Shown: positions 12,189 to 25,559 of the stretch, piece after piece
How the letters are laid out: every line of letters begins with the position of its first letter
Numbering within the stretch: the stretch's first letter is position 1
Assembly: GCF_018977255.1 (NCBI RefSeq)
Contig: NW_024704743.1
Span: 58,964,001 to 59,028,000 of the forward strand
Source: Callorhinchus milii
Lineage: Eukaryota
Reading direction: 5' to 3'
Length of the DNA stretch: 64,000 nucleotides
Translations under genes and position numbers: made by a program
Notes under the pieces: generated by a model
Databases searched by the model: none
Told to the model about the DNA's origin: nothing
Seen by the model: the letters and a program-made list of their open reading frames with translations, nothing else

Positions 12189-12815
12189 AGCAACAACAAA
12201 TTACATTCATATAGCGCCTTTCATGTCGGGAGGACGTCTCAAGATGCTGGACAGTCAGGGATTTGGAGCCGAGCAGGGGATTGGGATCAGGAGTGGTGGA
12301 GGGCAGTGAGGATACAGATTGGAGGCACGGTCGAAGAGAAGGATCTTGAGATGTGCCTTGAAGGAGGCAAGAGAGAGAGCAAGGCGAAGGGATGGAGTTC
12401 CAAAGGGTGGGCGCGGAGAGGCTGAATGCCTGACACTGATGATCGGGCGGTCCGGGCGCGGGTCATGGAGCAGGTCTGAGCCTGCTGCGGAGGGAGAGGA
12501 CAGGTTGATATGGGGTTAGCAGGTCAGAGGTAGGAAGGAGCAAAGCTGTGGAGGACCTTAAAGGCGAGAACAAGGATTTTGAACTGTATCCTCTGGGGGA
12601 TGGGGAACCAGTGAAGCCAAGCGAAGGTGTGGGTGATGGGATCACGGAGTCTGATGCGAGAGTTCCGGATGATCTGTAGCTTGTGGGGGGAGGAGTTGGG
12701 AAGGCCAACAACAGGCAGTTGGCGAAGTCAAGCCTAGATGTAACAATTGCATGGATGAGGGCCTCGGTGGCATGAGGGGAGTGGCAGAGCCGGGCGATGT
12801 TGCGGAGGTGGGGGA
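12189..12815 (-). mobile_element. L2 LINE 3' end
   Basis: (CAA)n tail plus atatagcgcctttcatgtcgggaggacgtc; RT C-terminal remnants on the minus strand. Confidence 0.9.
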
Positions 12816-13839
12816 ATGCAGAACGGGTTATGACTTCCTTTGTGTGTCGCTTTCAGGAACGGTTTACCTCGTGAGGTTCACCCATCACGGGAAATGGACA
12901 GTTTTCCTACCGCTGAACTGGGAAAACTCCTACCCACTGAGTGGTGGTTCTACCAGTTGGAAGTGCGGAGATTCAGCAGCGGGTGCTTATCTCTCTGTAG
13001 ACTAATTAAGGTCACAGATCATTGTGAACAGTATGAAGATCATTAGAAATTCATTTTTATCATCTCCACTATCCAAATAATGTTAGTGGAGCAGTTTATT
13101 TTTTAAAAAAGGCGCAAAATTGCCCGACACTCAAAGCAGAATGGCGGAGATCTAGAATATAAACTTGTCATGAAATTCATGCACACATAGAGCAAATGTC
13201 ATTTTTCAGCAAGCGGTCTCTGGAAGCCAAGTCTCAAATTGCAGCAATGCCTCTCGTTTGACACCTCATTTCGACAACAGGAAAACTATCCGTTTGCCAC
13301 TACATGTTGCCTCCAGAGGCAGGCTTGCCTCCAAGGTAAACATTTAATGAAAACTCGGCATGAACTTGCCTGTTCCTGTCCTATATGGGAGCTCAGCCCA
13401 AAGACAGCATCTCAGACAGGCCACACCACAAATATTAATCTACCTTTCTTTGCTAGATGTGATTGACCCAGCTTTACAGGTTTTACTCTGATTATTTCAC
13501 CATTCTCCGCCACCCCCACCATCCCACTGATTTAGTTTACATGGTGAATAAAGCTTGGATCCAATACGCGTCCACCATTTTTCAGTTCCCAAACATCTGT
13601 CACTAACAATACCCAAAGGGATTGCCTAAGAGCACAGGCAGGATACAGGCCACAAGCAGCTGTCCGCAAAGAGGCTTCTTCATTTGGACAACAAAAGTTT
13701 TGACAACTGAAACTCCTGGAACATGTCTCGATGGGTCAATGCCCCACATTCTGGATTAGATTTCAAAGTGTAGGCTGACATCCTAATATCAAGGGGGCAA
13801 GGGGAGGAAATGGGAAAAAAGAGAGCCACAATGCCTATT

Positions 13840-14120
13840 GCTATCTTTCGGATAAGATGGGAAACCGCAGTCCTGTCTGTCTGTTTTCAGATAGACATTA
13901 AAGATCGATGATACAATTTGAAAAACAGGAAGGGAGTTTTTCCCAGTATCGCAGCCAAAATCCTTCAGATTAAATGGTCATTCATCTCACAGCTGTTTAT
14001 GAGATTTTGTTGGCTCAAACAACTCTAAATGCTCACAGAAAGAGTCACTACACTTAACAGTAATTACCTTGTGAAGCACTTTGAGACACTATCAGATCAG
14101 GCACTATATAAATCCAAGCC
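13840..14120 (+). mobile_element. Old Deu/SacSINE1-like SINE body and tail
   Basis: ctttcggataagatg...aaaccgcagtcctgtctg...cattaaagatc...gtgaagcactttgagac...gcactatataaat. Confidence 0.7.
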
Positions 14121-14197
14121 TTTCCTTTCTTTATTATGCTGCTACACCTTTATAAACACAACTGTCTTTATTCAAAGTGAGCTATAACAACAATAAA

Positions 14198-14276
14198 ATT
14201 AATAATGCTTGCATTTGGCATACTCCTTATCACATCGGAAGGACGTATCAAAGCGCTTCACAGGAATTACTGTGAA
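14198..14276 (-). mobile_element. SINE/L2-type 3' tail remnant
   Basis: ataatgcttgcatttg...ccttatcacatcggaaggacgtatcaaagcgcttcaca. Confidence 0.6.
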
Positions 14277-14444
14277 GGTTCGAAGGAATAAGGTGAATGA
14301 TTCAACTCATATGAAATTGCATGCCTGTGATCCCACACTGATCTGCTCCTCCTCCGATGTAAAGAGGACGTCTCTTTGAACACTTACACTGAAGCACTAG
14401 GATCAGAAACAAAAAACATAAGCAAACCTGGTCCACCCAGCTCA

Positions 14445-14570
<126 letters not shown>

Positions 14571-14817
14571 TCATTGGAAACAATCAAAAAGAAAAATACA
14601 CAATAAGAACCTACAAACTGACAAAAAACAGTCCACTTTAATAACACCAGCACATAATGAACTGGAAATCAACTCTCTTGGCCATTTCCCCACATTAACT
14701 CAGCGAGCAGGTACAGTACACGACTCTCATGTCATCTGCTTCCTGGGTACCTTCCCTCAACTTATTGCAATGCATTCCGGTTAACATTTAAATGTAAAAA
14801 GCTAATCTCCTTGACTC

Positions 14818-14837
14818 AACAATAACAAACTGCACAC

Positions 14838-14870
<33 letters not shown>

Positions 14871-15522
14871 GTGCCTTGTATGTCAGGAAGATGTCCCAAG
14901 ACGTTGGACATACGAGAGTTTGCACCAGAGGTGCGGGTTGGGATCAGGAGGGGTGGAGGGTGGGGTGGTGGAGGTCGGGGGTGACCAAAGGTACAGCTTA
15001 AGAGGAAGGTCTTGAGACCTTGAAGGCAGCAAGGGAGGGTGTGAGGCAGAGGGACTCCAAGATGGAGTTCCAGAGGGTGGAGCAGAAAGGATGAAGGCCT
15101 GACCACTGATAGTGACGCAAGCAGGGCGGGGGACATGAAGCAGGCCAGTGTCCACCAAGCAGAGAGAGTGAAAAGGGAGTGGCAGGGGTGAGCAACGTTG
15201 TGGAAGGCTGAATGGGTCAAGGAACGGATGTGGGTTGAAGGACAGTGGTTCTGTACTGGCTCAGTGAGTTCGGAGTGTGCACCCATGCATAGTGATGCTG
15301 TCAGAGCCTGAGGTGTGGAAACGCTGATGGGAGCCAAGCAGGAGAGCTTTGGTCTTGTCAACATTCAATTAGAGAAAATTGGTTGGCATCCAGGACTTGA
15401 TGTCTGACAGGCAATCAGGACCGCAGTGGTCCTGGAGTCGAGGGTAGAGGCAGATTCATAGAGTTGGGCATCTTCCGAGTACATGAGGAAGTTAATCCCA
15501 TGCCTGCGGATGATATTACCGA
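14818..15522 (-). mobile_element. L2 LINE with internal deletions; (TA)n microsatellite in its tail (~14837-14870)
   Basis: Minus frames give LPFGNIIRRHGINFLMYSEDAQLY (degenerate YADD motif) and GLKTFLLSCTF; L2 3' UTR present. Confidence 0.88.
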
Positions 15523-16614
15523 ACGGGAGCTTCAAAGGAAGTGATATCAGTGGCACTTTGTGGACATAATGCACATGCGCAGCAAGTGTCATCAGTAGCA
15601 ACCAGACGACCTGGAAGTCAGCCAAATTTTTGCATTCAATTTATAACCCAGCCTCTGGGACATTGGACCCTGATGAATGCGTTAAAATAGAGCTGCCCTG
15701 TAGTATTCTTGGCATAGACGACCCTGTAGGAAGCTCAAATACAAAGAAGGCTGCTCTCCTAAGTATACGTGAACTTTACAAAATTATTGAATACAACAAA
15801 TCTGCAGTAAGAAGTTGTTCTCATCACATTATCACAGAGTGCAATAATAGGTCACAAGTATTATATAATATGCTCAAGGAATCTCCAGTTCTTCTGTGGA
15901 ATTCAATAATTAGCACACGCAATGTGCAAGATACATGGACAACATGCACCACCATTAATACACACAGAATTTTATTTTCAAAAAACAAAAAAGCTCACAA
16001 CTCGGCTGCAATTCTCTTTACCTGGATTTCTCTTCAGAGCTTTTTTTTTTAAAAAATCAACTTTAAATAAAACTTTCCAAAATCCAGCGAGAGGCAGTAT
16101 GGCTTAATACACCACGTTGCAGATTGAAATCAGAGCGGCAACTCATGAAATATTCAGCCCCTATGAGAAATTAGAAACGCAAGAAATAGAAACATGAATA
16201 CCAACCAAAATTCGAAGACTGGCATGGCCTAGATACGCCTAAGCTCTCACCGAGCCTTGCACTGCAGTGTCTGGCACATCAACAGTGCAACTTATACCAC
16301 TGCAACAATGAGGGCCAGAGCTGGGCTGGAGAACAAAAAGGGAGGGCTACATGCATGTATATCTGAGCATGTACATATAGAGCTCTCCACAACAGAAAGA
16401 TTTTTTTAAGTGATTGAGAAAGTTGCCAGGACAATTAGCTCTTCATAATCCTCAGATAAAGAACTGCACTAAAGATGCCAAACGATTATATGGAAAAACA
16501 TTTAATTTGGTTACTCAATCCACGACTGTTTTTGGGAGGCTGCTTTGCACAATGGGCTGCCTTTTCTCGCCCACAAAATACAGTCAATCCATATTTTGCA
16601 AAGATGAAACTCAA

Positions 16615-16800
16615 GATCCACCTTCAAACGTCGACGATCTCATCCCACCCTACCTCTGCAAACTCCTTCAACCATACCGACCTGGCCGCTCCCTTCACTC
16701 AGCGAGAACCAGCTTGCTCCATCCTGGAGTCCCTCCAACTCGCTCTCTCCCTCAGCTTGTTCAAGGTCAGCCTCGAGAAGCATATCTTTGATCACACGTC
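16615..16800 (+). mobile_element. L2 LINE fragment
   Basis: DLIPPYLCKLLQPYRPGRSLHS resembles L2 [22 protein letters not shown]. Confidence 0.75.
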
Positions 16801-18574
16801 ATCTACCCACATCCCCATCAGCTCCCACCTTCAGTCTGATTGACAGACATTGCAGAACAGACTTTGTTGAACAATTGCCCAAAAGTTACGAAGTAAACAT
16901 CAGGGAAATGGAGTGGAAAAGGAAGTCTGAACTGAACTTTCAAAGATCAGCTTGAACATGGAACATGGGAAAATGACAGGGAAAATACAGCCCAATTCAA
17001 TGTGTACACTGCAAATTAAACTCATAGTCTGAGCCGATACATAGTTTCATACTCGCTAAAACATCTTTCCACAAATGCAGACTGGCAGTGTGTGGTTACC
17101 ACACAAAAGGGTCTTTCCGTTGCTAGATGAACCCAGAATGTACACCACAAGGGAGCTTCAGCTGCCAATTAATACAATATTTTCCAGTTGTGGATAAACT
17201 ACTTCAACTGGGCAAATAACCAAAAAGTAACACTACACCCCATCCAAGGGAAGAAGTTCAGCTTCCTTGTCCCACCCTACACTCTGAAGCGGTCATTCTT
17301 TGATTAAGTACCATAGTGGTGTTTGAATGTCTAACGTGCAAAAGACAAGGTGTAGCAGACGCTATAGAAACACAACTCACAAATACAAGCATCATAAAGA
17401 CCACTCGCTGGATAACATAAATTTGGGCATCTCTTGTGGGGCAGTGAAAAAAACAGCGCTGAAAGAATTGTTTCTTGGTTCCAATATGTTTTCCCAGTTT
17501 ATGCCACTTAGAGGAAGGAGGGTCTGCAAATAAGTGGCTGGGAGTTAAACTTTTGGCACAAAAACTAAATAGTGCAGTTAGAATGCATTTCTTTTTAACA
17601 CAGTTTGGATGGGAGAGGCAATGACTTCCTTGAAATAAGGAGGAGGAAGAGGAGACCTGTGGCTATCAGGAAAGGCTGGCGTTTAGGCTGAAAGGAGAAA
17701 GGATAATACATAAAAAGGGGGCAAATGGGAAATACATTTTGAAAGTTAATTCAAATATGTTTATGCTACCTCAAGGAGCATTAGGAGTAAAAATTTTCAG
17801 AATTGCAGGAATATGCAGCCATACATGGCTGAGAGTGAAAAACAACTCAGAGATGGAGCTTGGAGGATAATGTTTTTTACAAGGATAGCTGAAGCTGCAG
17901 GCAGAGGAGGGCATAATTTGTAAAAAAAAATAATACTATTGAGAAGCCATCTGAGTATGTTAGCAACAATAAAGGCAACAGTTCCATAATTGGCAAATGC
18001 TGTCAACCTCTAGCTCAAGCTGAACAAGTAGATAAAAAGCTGTTTAGGCAGGTAAGAGTAGTTCTGGAGGTCATATTGTGATCATCAGGGAGATTTCAGC
18101 AGGCAGAACAGGATCAAACAGAAAGAAAGGGTGAATATACAAGAAACAGTGTATAGAGATAATCTGTGGCTGCCTCTTAATGAAACACAAGATCCTCAAG
18201 CCTTCACTTCCTAAAATACAGGGGAAGAAAACATTTGTAGAAAGACTAAACAGCAAATCCAAAAACAACAAAAAATAAACTCCACAAGTTGAATAAAGCA
18301 ATTAAAGCAATTGGTAGCAATTATAAGACAAACCTACAAAACTAAATAACCAGGTGCAGTGGTCACCACCACAATTTATTCAGCCTGTAGTTATAGTTTC
18401 CTGAAAATCTCCTTCCACATTCCCAGACTGCTTAATTCATTGACAGAGAACAGACATCAGTGTACTCTTAAGCCAATCATCAAGAGGTTAGTAGGAGTGA
18501 TCTGAAGAGATTCATCATCCAGCTTTTCTAAGAAGAGTTTAGCTTCCGGTAGATAACAGCAAATAAACAAATAA

Positions 18575-19790
18575 AAGCAACAACTTCCTTTATATAGCAT
18601 CTTTCACTTCCAGGCGTGGACAGTCAAGGGTTTACACCTGAACCGGGATTGGATTCAGGAATAGTGGGGGCCAAGGAGATGGAAGATGACCGAAGCAGTG
18701 GTCAAAGAGGAAGGTCTTGAGGAGACGAGGGAAGGGGTGAGGCAAAGGGATTCCGGGATAGAGTTCCAGAGAATGAGAGCAGAAAGGATGAAGGCCGAAC
18801 CACCAATGGTGATGCAGAAGGGTGGGGGACATGGAGCAGGCCAGTGCTTCCGAGCAGAAGGAGCGAGTGAATTGGTAGAGTTTTAGCAGGTTGCAGAGGT
18901 AGGGTGGGGCAGAATCATAGAGGGATTTAAAAGTAAGAATGAAGATCTTGAACTCGATTTTCTGGGGGATGGAGAGCCAGTGAAGCCGGGCAAGGATGTG
19001 GGTGATCGGCTCACAGAACCTAGTGCAGAAGCGGATACAAGCTGCAGAGTTCTGAATGGTCCGCAGCTTGTGAAAAGGGAAGAGGTGGGAAGTCTGGCAA
19101 GTAGATAGTTAAAATAACCAAGCCAGGACATGATAAAAGCATGGATAAGGGTCTCAGCAGCCCAAGGGGAGAGATAGTGGCAGAGATGGGTAATGTTGCA
19201 AAGGGGGGGGGACCTGAACAGGTAAAAGGTACAGATGCGAAGTTGAGAGGTGAACAAGATCCAGAGGTTCAGGATTGGCTCGGTGGAATGTGTATCCATG
19301 TAGATTGTTGCCGTTAGCACCTGTGGAAAAGCCTCTGTCTTATCGACATTCAACTGGAGAAAGTTAGCTTTCATCCAGAACTAGATGGGTCAGAACAGTA
19401 GCGGTCCTAGAATCGAGGGTGGAAGCAGATACAAAAGTGGTTATCATCCGAATACAAGTTAACACCATGCTTGCGGGTAGAAGAGGACTAAGGATAGAGC
19501 TCTGAGAAATGCCACACAACGATGTGGGGGCTGGACAAGTAGCCATTCCCAGATATGAAATGGAGATGCTGGGATAGGTAAGAATGATACCAGGCGAGGG
19601 CAGAACAGTGACAATATAGTGCAGAGAGGCGGTGGAGAAGAATAGAATGGTTGACAGTGTTGAAGGTGGCAGAGAGGTCAAGGAGGCAGAGAGAGAGCCC
19701 TGGGCACAGATGGAGAGAATGCCATTTGTGACTTGGACCAGGGAACTCTCAGTAATGTGAGCAGTGAGGAAGCAAGCCCAGACACCAGAG
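18575..19790 (-). mobile_element. L2 LINE, ~1.2 kb RT remnant with frameshifts
   Basis: Minus frames CGISQSSILSPLL, MKANFLQLNVDKTEA, AAETLIHAFIMSWLGY; 3' tail at the left end. Confidence 0.92.
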
Positions 19791-20544
19791 CAGAGTCACA
19801 AACCCACAGTAAGTAAAATGTTACGCTTTTTCCACAAATACATATTTTTGTTTTATATCGAAAATGTAGTGGGGGGGGGGGGCTGTATAATTTGATTTGC
19901 AGTTGTCCAATTGAGCACAATAAAAAGTCCCCAGAAGAAAGAAACACTTACACTCGTATTCAAGAGTGCAGATAAATTATTGTACCGAACCCTACCTACA
20001 TAAACATAATTTCAGCCCTCAATGGTATTAATTGCAAACCTACCCATTGTGAAAAATACCTCCCCACGCACAACAGAAAGAGGATGGATTACATGCAACT
20101 GCCAGCATTAGTTTAACATAATACTACTAATTTAATCAGTAGTATTCAAGGCATAATACTCCCATTTCCCAAGGGCCACTGTTTGACTTGCTCCAATTTA
20201 ATAGAAATTTAATATTGTTTGAGCAGATGCCATGGTTCTTAGAAGACACTGTAGCAAAGAAAAAAAATTCTTGGGAGTGGGGAGAGGAGCTTGATTGTCC
20301 TTGCATGCATTGAACGATGGAGTCAATCATCATTTGCTGAGACATAGTTGCTGGAGCATGTTACAGACTATGTGGGAAATCGGAGTTGCCTGCTGGCAAC
20401 ACAGCATAATTTCTCAATGTTATTCTGTGCTCTCAGCAACAACCAGGCCATATCAAGTTCACGCATGACTTTATTACAGATGACTCTAACTGTTGATCCC
20501 TGTTACGTTGTTATCCAATATACATACAAGAAAAGGCTCTGGTC

Positions 20545-20750
20545 TACGCAACTGTACAGGAGAGCAACAAGGATGACCCCAGAGGGATGAGCTACTAAGG
20601 CTCTTCAGACTTGAGAAGGGACATCGCATTGGGTACCTTGTATATAGAGGATATAAAATGCTAACTGGGATTGATAGCCTAAACCTAGAACAATACTTTT
20701 GAATACAACTAGACAGCAGGACAAGAGAGTCCATATCCGTAGGGCAAAAT
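20545..20750 (+). mobile_element. CR1 LINE fragment (ORF2 C-terminal)
   Basis: YRRATRMTP motif, then ctcttcagacttgagaagg...ggatataaaatgctaactgg. Confidence 0.65.
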
Positions 20751-20994
20751 TGGGCACTGTGTAAAATGGCTCATTTTGCCCAATACAATGACAAAAATCC
20801 TATCTAGTTCCTCCTTTCAAATAATGTGCATAATTTAAATTCTAAATCCCTTATGATTCTGCAGAATACAAATCAATGCTTGTTATTGCTTTCTAAAGAA
20901 GGGGCCACAACGGGATCCCCCAAAGCAAAGTAATTTAACCATCCCTTTCTTCCCTGTTCACAATGCAGCACCCAATAATATTTTTTCCAATGAT

Positions 20995-21125
20995 ACAGTG
21001 CCTTATTCATGTGGAAATGTCTTAAAGCACTTCAAAGCATTGTATTGTGAGGTGTAGTCACTGTGTCTGTAGACGAACCCAGCAACCAATTTGAGCACAG
21101 CAATGTCTCACAAACAGCCATTGCT
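20995..21125 (-). mobile_element. SINE 3' fragment
   Basis: gtgccttatt...aaagcacttc...ccaatttgagcacagcaatgtctcacaaacagccat. Confidence 0.6.
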
Positions 21126-21129
21126 CAGT

Positions 21130-21635
21130 GATGACATCCACAAGCACTGGGTTAACTTCCACATGTATGTGGAGGAACCCAACTATCTTTCTGCCTCCAA
21201 CCTTGATTCCAGAACCACTGCTTTCTGACTGATTACTTGTCAGATATCAAGTTCTGGATGAGAACTAACTTTCTCCATTTGATGTCCTCAAGACAGAGAC
21301 TCTCCTGCTTGGTTCCAGTCAGCACCTTCTCACCTCAGGTGCTGACCGTATCCCTATGCATGGATGCATTCTCCCTCACGGAACCAGTGTAGAACCTCAG
21401 CGTCTTATTAGTCTCAACTGTTCTTTAAAGCCCACATCCACGCCTTAACCAGTTCAGCTTTCTCCCTCTCTGTAATATTACCCATCTCCACCACTAACTC
21501 AGGCCATCAGGACCCTTATCCAACTCTCCCTCCACAAGCTGCAGATTATTGTCCTCTCCTGTACTAGCTCTGAAGGCCTAGACTTATCCTCACCCTGCTC
21601 CACTGATTCTCCAATCCCAAATGAATGAGTTCAAG
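21130..21635 (+). mobile_element. L2 LINE fragment
   Basis: Similar to 51330-51920 (tatgtggaggaaccca...caagttctggatgaga...ctccactga...gttcaagatcc). Confidence 0.8.
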
Positions 21636-21688
21636 ATCCACGTCCTCACTTGCTTTGTTGTTGAAGTAAATGGGCATACGTATCAACA

Positions 21689-21920
21689 TCCCACAAACAG
21701 CCATGGAGTGAATAACCAATTTTATTTGATGGTTTGGTGGCCAGGACAAATAGTGCCATGAGATCTCTTGTATCCCCTGCTGAATAGGAACTCAGTGTAA
21801 CAACAGCGCAACACTGCACTGTAATGTTAATGTAGACAAGGAGCTCAAAGTTCCGACGTGTAGCTTGAATCCACAATCTTCTGACTCAAGAAGCAAGAGG
21901 GCTATCGAACAGAGAGCCAA
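21689..21920 (-). mobile_element. Deu/SacSINE1-like SINE with internal deletions
   Basis: cccacaaacagccatggagtg...tggccaggaca...aatagtgccatg...ttctgactcaagaagcaagag. Confidence 0.75.
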
Positions 21921-22516
21921 TCTGCTGGTGCACAGCACGCTATCTTCGATTGATTGTTTAAGGTTTCCGATATATAACCTGAATAATAAAACATTTCAAT
22001 TCAGAAGAAATTCTCTCAATCCTCTAAATATTTTGGGTCTGCATTTGATTTTATGATCATTTCTGCACAAATTTACCACTGGAGGAAAATAATCTGCTAA
22101 GGCTTTGTTCCAGACACCCATTTTCATTATGCCCCGATGATGTACAACTGGGTAAAGAAAATTGGCTCCTAATGAATCAAAGAATCAGAAAAGGCCTTCA
22201 GAGAGCTTATCTTTTTCATTTGCCTCATCTATCGATGTTTAAGAATGATTGTTTTATTAAAAATAGTATTACAGCAGTGTTTCTGTATAGTGACACTCTA
22301 CTCCCATTATTAGCCCTGAAATGCCATGTAGTCTTTGCCTGGGAATACATTTGTCTTAGAAGTGGGTGGAGGATGAAAAGAAACAGTAGTCCCTTTCTCC
22401 ACAGTTACTTAAGAGTTACATCTCTAGTTACATTCTCTAGACCTGCCCCATTAAAAACCTTTCATTAAACTTTACATTGGCATGAAAACCTTCCATCTGC
22501 AGGAGGGGGCAATTTT

Positions 22517-23190
22517 CATAGATTCATAGATTGTTACGGCACAGGAGGCCATTCAGCCCATCGAGTCTGTGCCGGCCTCTTAGACAGAGCAAGTCACTTT
22601 CACTAACCCCAATCACCAGCTTTCTCCACATAACCCGGCAAACCCATCTTCCCCAGATACCTATCCAGTTCTCTCTTAAAAGCTGTTATCGAATCGGACT
22701 TCACTACCCTTTCAGGCAGATCATTCCAAATTCTAACAACTCGCTGAGTGAAAACATTTCTTCTAACCTCCCCTCTGCTTCTTTTGGTAGATATCTTAAG
22801 ACTGGTCACAGACACACCTACCAGGACACAGACACACCTACCAGCAGAAACAGCTTTTCCTTATCTAGCCTGTCGAAACCTTTCATGATCTTGAAGACCT
22901 CTATCAGGTCCCCGTGTAACCTTTTCTGCTCTAATGGGAAAAGTACTAACTTCTCCATCCTGTCCTCATAGCTAAGCTTCCCCATTCCTGGTATCATTCT
23001 CGTGAATTTCCTCTGCACCCTTTCCAGTCCTTAATGTCCTTCCTGAAGTAAGGTGCCCAGAACTGGACGCAGTACTCCAGCTGAGGCCTAACCAGTGTTT
23101 TGTATAGATTAACCATAACCTCCCTACTCTTATACTCTAAGCCCTTACTAATAAAGCTCAATACACCAAATGCCTTTTTTACTGTCTTAT
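22517..23190 (-). mobile_element. CR1 LINE 3' end, relatively young, 5'-truncated
   Basis: Minus ORFs QRKFTRMIPGMGKLSYEDR...LHGDLIEVFKIMKGFDR and RRNVFTQRVVRIWNDLPE; 8-bp tail repeat (plus strand catagatt twice). Confidence 0.95.
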
Positions 23191-23784
23191 TTATTCATTC
23201 CAACTCCACAAAGACAGCTCCTGCACACTAGTTACAGACACAACATGGAGCATCATCTACTTAACTGAGTTGGCTTCAAAGAAAACTATTGAGATAAAAC
23301 TGGGGTAATAAGGAGAAAAGAGGAATGAAGAAATGGTAGCATGAATCTCAAAGTAGGCCCGTGTGAGGAAAATCTGAACACCAAGGCAACACTGATAAAT
23401 TGACCGACTAAAGAAATGAGGTAACGTAAAACCAGAGTGAAAGGCAGCAAATGTAAACAAAACTGAAAAGCTCAGCAATATATTTTGTGCCTAGGGTTAT
23501 TAGGTTCCCCTTTGAAAGGGAGGAAGTTCTGAAAATAGAGGGAGAGATTATGATAGCATAAAGGACTCATTTTTGTTGCATTTACTGCTGTGGTTTTTGT
23601 TTTGTAGGAAAACATTTAACACCTTTGGGTGTTCATTCATGGTTGGTGGAATGTGTGAGAAATGTGTTCCTAGTGCTCAGTTACGTTTTACAGCAGTGCA
23701 TGAATTAAACACAACAGCATAGAACTTCCATCATCCCGGCACGTGTTTGTCAAGATCATCACAAATATTACAAACCCTCCTATG

Positions 23785-24380
23785 TTCCAGAGATTGGAGG
23801 CATATACACTTAAAGCCTGACCTCCAATGGTGGGGTGGGAGATGTGAAGCAAGCTGTGCCCCTGAGAGGAGGGAGTGGTCAGAGTTGTGGGGTTTGAGGA
23901 CGTTGCAGTGGTAGGTTGGGAGAAGAACATGGAGGGATTTCAAACTTAGGACGAGGATCTTGAATTCTCCACTGGTAGATGGGAGCCAGTGGAACCGGAT
24001 GAAGATGTGGGTGACAGGCTTGCGTATCCTGGTGATGAAAAGGAAACAAGTTGCAGAGTTCTGGACAGCCTGTACTTTTTGAAGGGAAGAGGTGGGTAGT
24101 CCAGCAAGCAGAGATTTGGTGTAATCTAGCCTGGACATGGTGAATATGTGGATTAGGGTCTCAGCAGCCCGAGGGGAAAGGCAGTGGCAGAGGTGGCAAT
24201 GCTGAGGTGGGGGAAAGCTGAATGGATCGAGGCTCACACGTGAGGATTAAAGCACAGTTGAGTCAAACAAGACATCAAGGTCTGTACGTGCTCCATGAGG
24301 TGAAGTGTGCATCCAAGTAATTTGATGCTGTCAGTGCCTGTGGTGAGAAGACGCTGATGGGAGCCAAGCAAGAGAGCCTC
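23785..24380 (-). mobile_element. L2 LINE fragment
   Basis: AAETLIHIFTMSRLDYTKSLLAGLP...QNSATC...HWLP...FKILVLSLKSLH. Confidence 0.9.
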
Positions 24381-24529
24381 TGTCTTTCATGATATTTATC
24401 CTGATCAAATGGACATGCCACCACCATAGCATCGCCCAAGTTCAATAACCGAGCTTCAATCAACACTGCACTGAAAGTGGAAATACACGCAGAACATTAT
24501 TGTTCTGTATTAGATAGAAGATCGTACTG

Positions 24530-24830
24530 TGGTTTGATTCACATTCAGATTAGACAGATTTCTGATTTAAAAACTGAAACTAGCCTTCAAGAATGCATCG
24601 CAGGTCCTGTACTAATCCTATTTCACACTAATGACCTCCTTAAATTATCTAAATCTAATGTGTTTTATATGTTGATAGCAAAATTCCACTATATCCTCAG
24701 AAATCTGCTGAAAATGTTGAAAAAGTGGTAATTGAGTAAGAATGTGGTTATCAAGTGAATAGATAACAATCAGATTACTCAAAATGTAAACAAAACTAAA
24801 TCTTCATTTGTCTTACTCCCCATACCAGAG
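24530..24830 (+). mobile_element. Old AT-rich non-LTR RT fragment (CR1/L2 group, clade undetermined)
   Basis: ORF 24477-24731 contains LQECIAGPVLILFHTNDL, resembling RT motif PQGSILGPLLFLIYINDL. Confidence 0.55.
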
Positions 24831-25559
24831 AACCTGGAGATAGCAATGTAAATATAACTGTGGGGATGTCACTACCGTAATGTCAAAAAAGACATTGACT
24901 GGAGTGTTTCAACTGTGTCTAGGGTACAGCCCATTAAAATGTTGTGGATCCATAAAACGTGGTCCCACATTACAAATTGCCGAGATATAGTTCATCCACT
25001 TACGTAATGTCACCGCCGACCGCATGTGTGCAAAAAGCCGCCCAGTCACCGGCAGCTGCTCTCGTGAGGATTCCCAGCAGTTTGCTAGGGAACCAGTGAA
25101 AGTCAAGTCCGAATCGTCAAGAGAAATGACAAATCAAGATAAATTATTCCATCAACTACAAAATAGTGATGAAATCAAGGCCTTCAGTATATAAAACTAA
25201 CACTGATGTTTGAAAACCATGCTTGCTGTGTAAATGCTGCATGGCCTCTGGCCAAACTTCCCATTGAACACAACGATTTCTCCTGGGAATCCCACGGACA
25301 GCACAGAGTCATTAGACTATCTCTGATGAGGTCTGAGCTACAGTCCCATGTTTCCCAGTGATTTTAACTCAAAATCAAAATCCGACACAACATGTTGTGA
25401 TTCTTGGCAATTTCAGCTCAGACTCAAAATCATTTTTAGACAAACATTAAATGACTACGTCCTGGAGGTTTTTTTTAAAAAACAGGGAGGGCACTAAAAA
25501 TATGCCCCCAACATCCAAACATTCTTTGAGCTCCTGGACTTTAGCATAAGGTTGAGATT

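Noticed and set aside
24491..24506. AGAACA-TTAT-TGTTCT as a glucocorticoid response element for GLCCI1
   Set aside because: Half-sites are perfect but the spacer is 4 bp; canonical GREs have 3 bp. I did not spot a canonical GRE, though my scan was not exhaustive.
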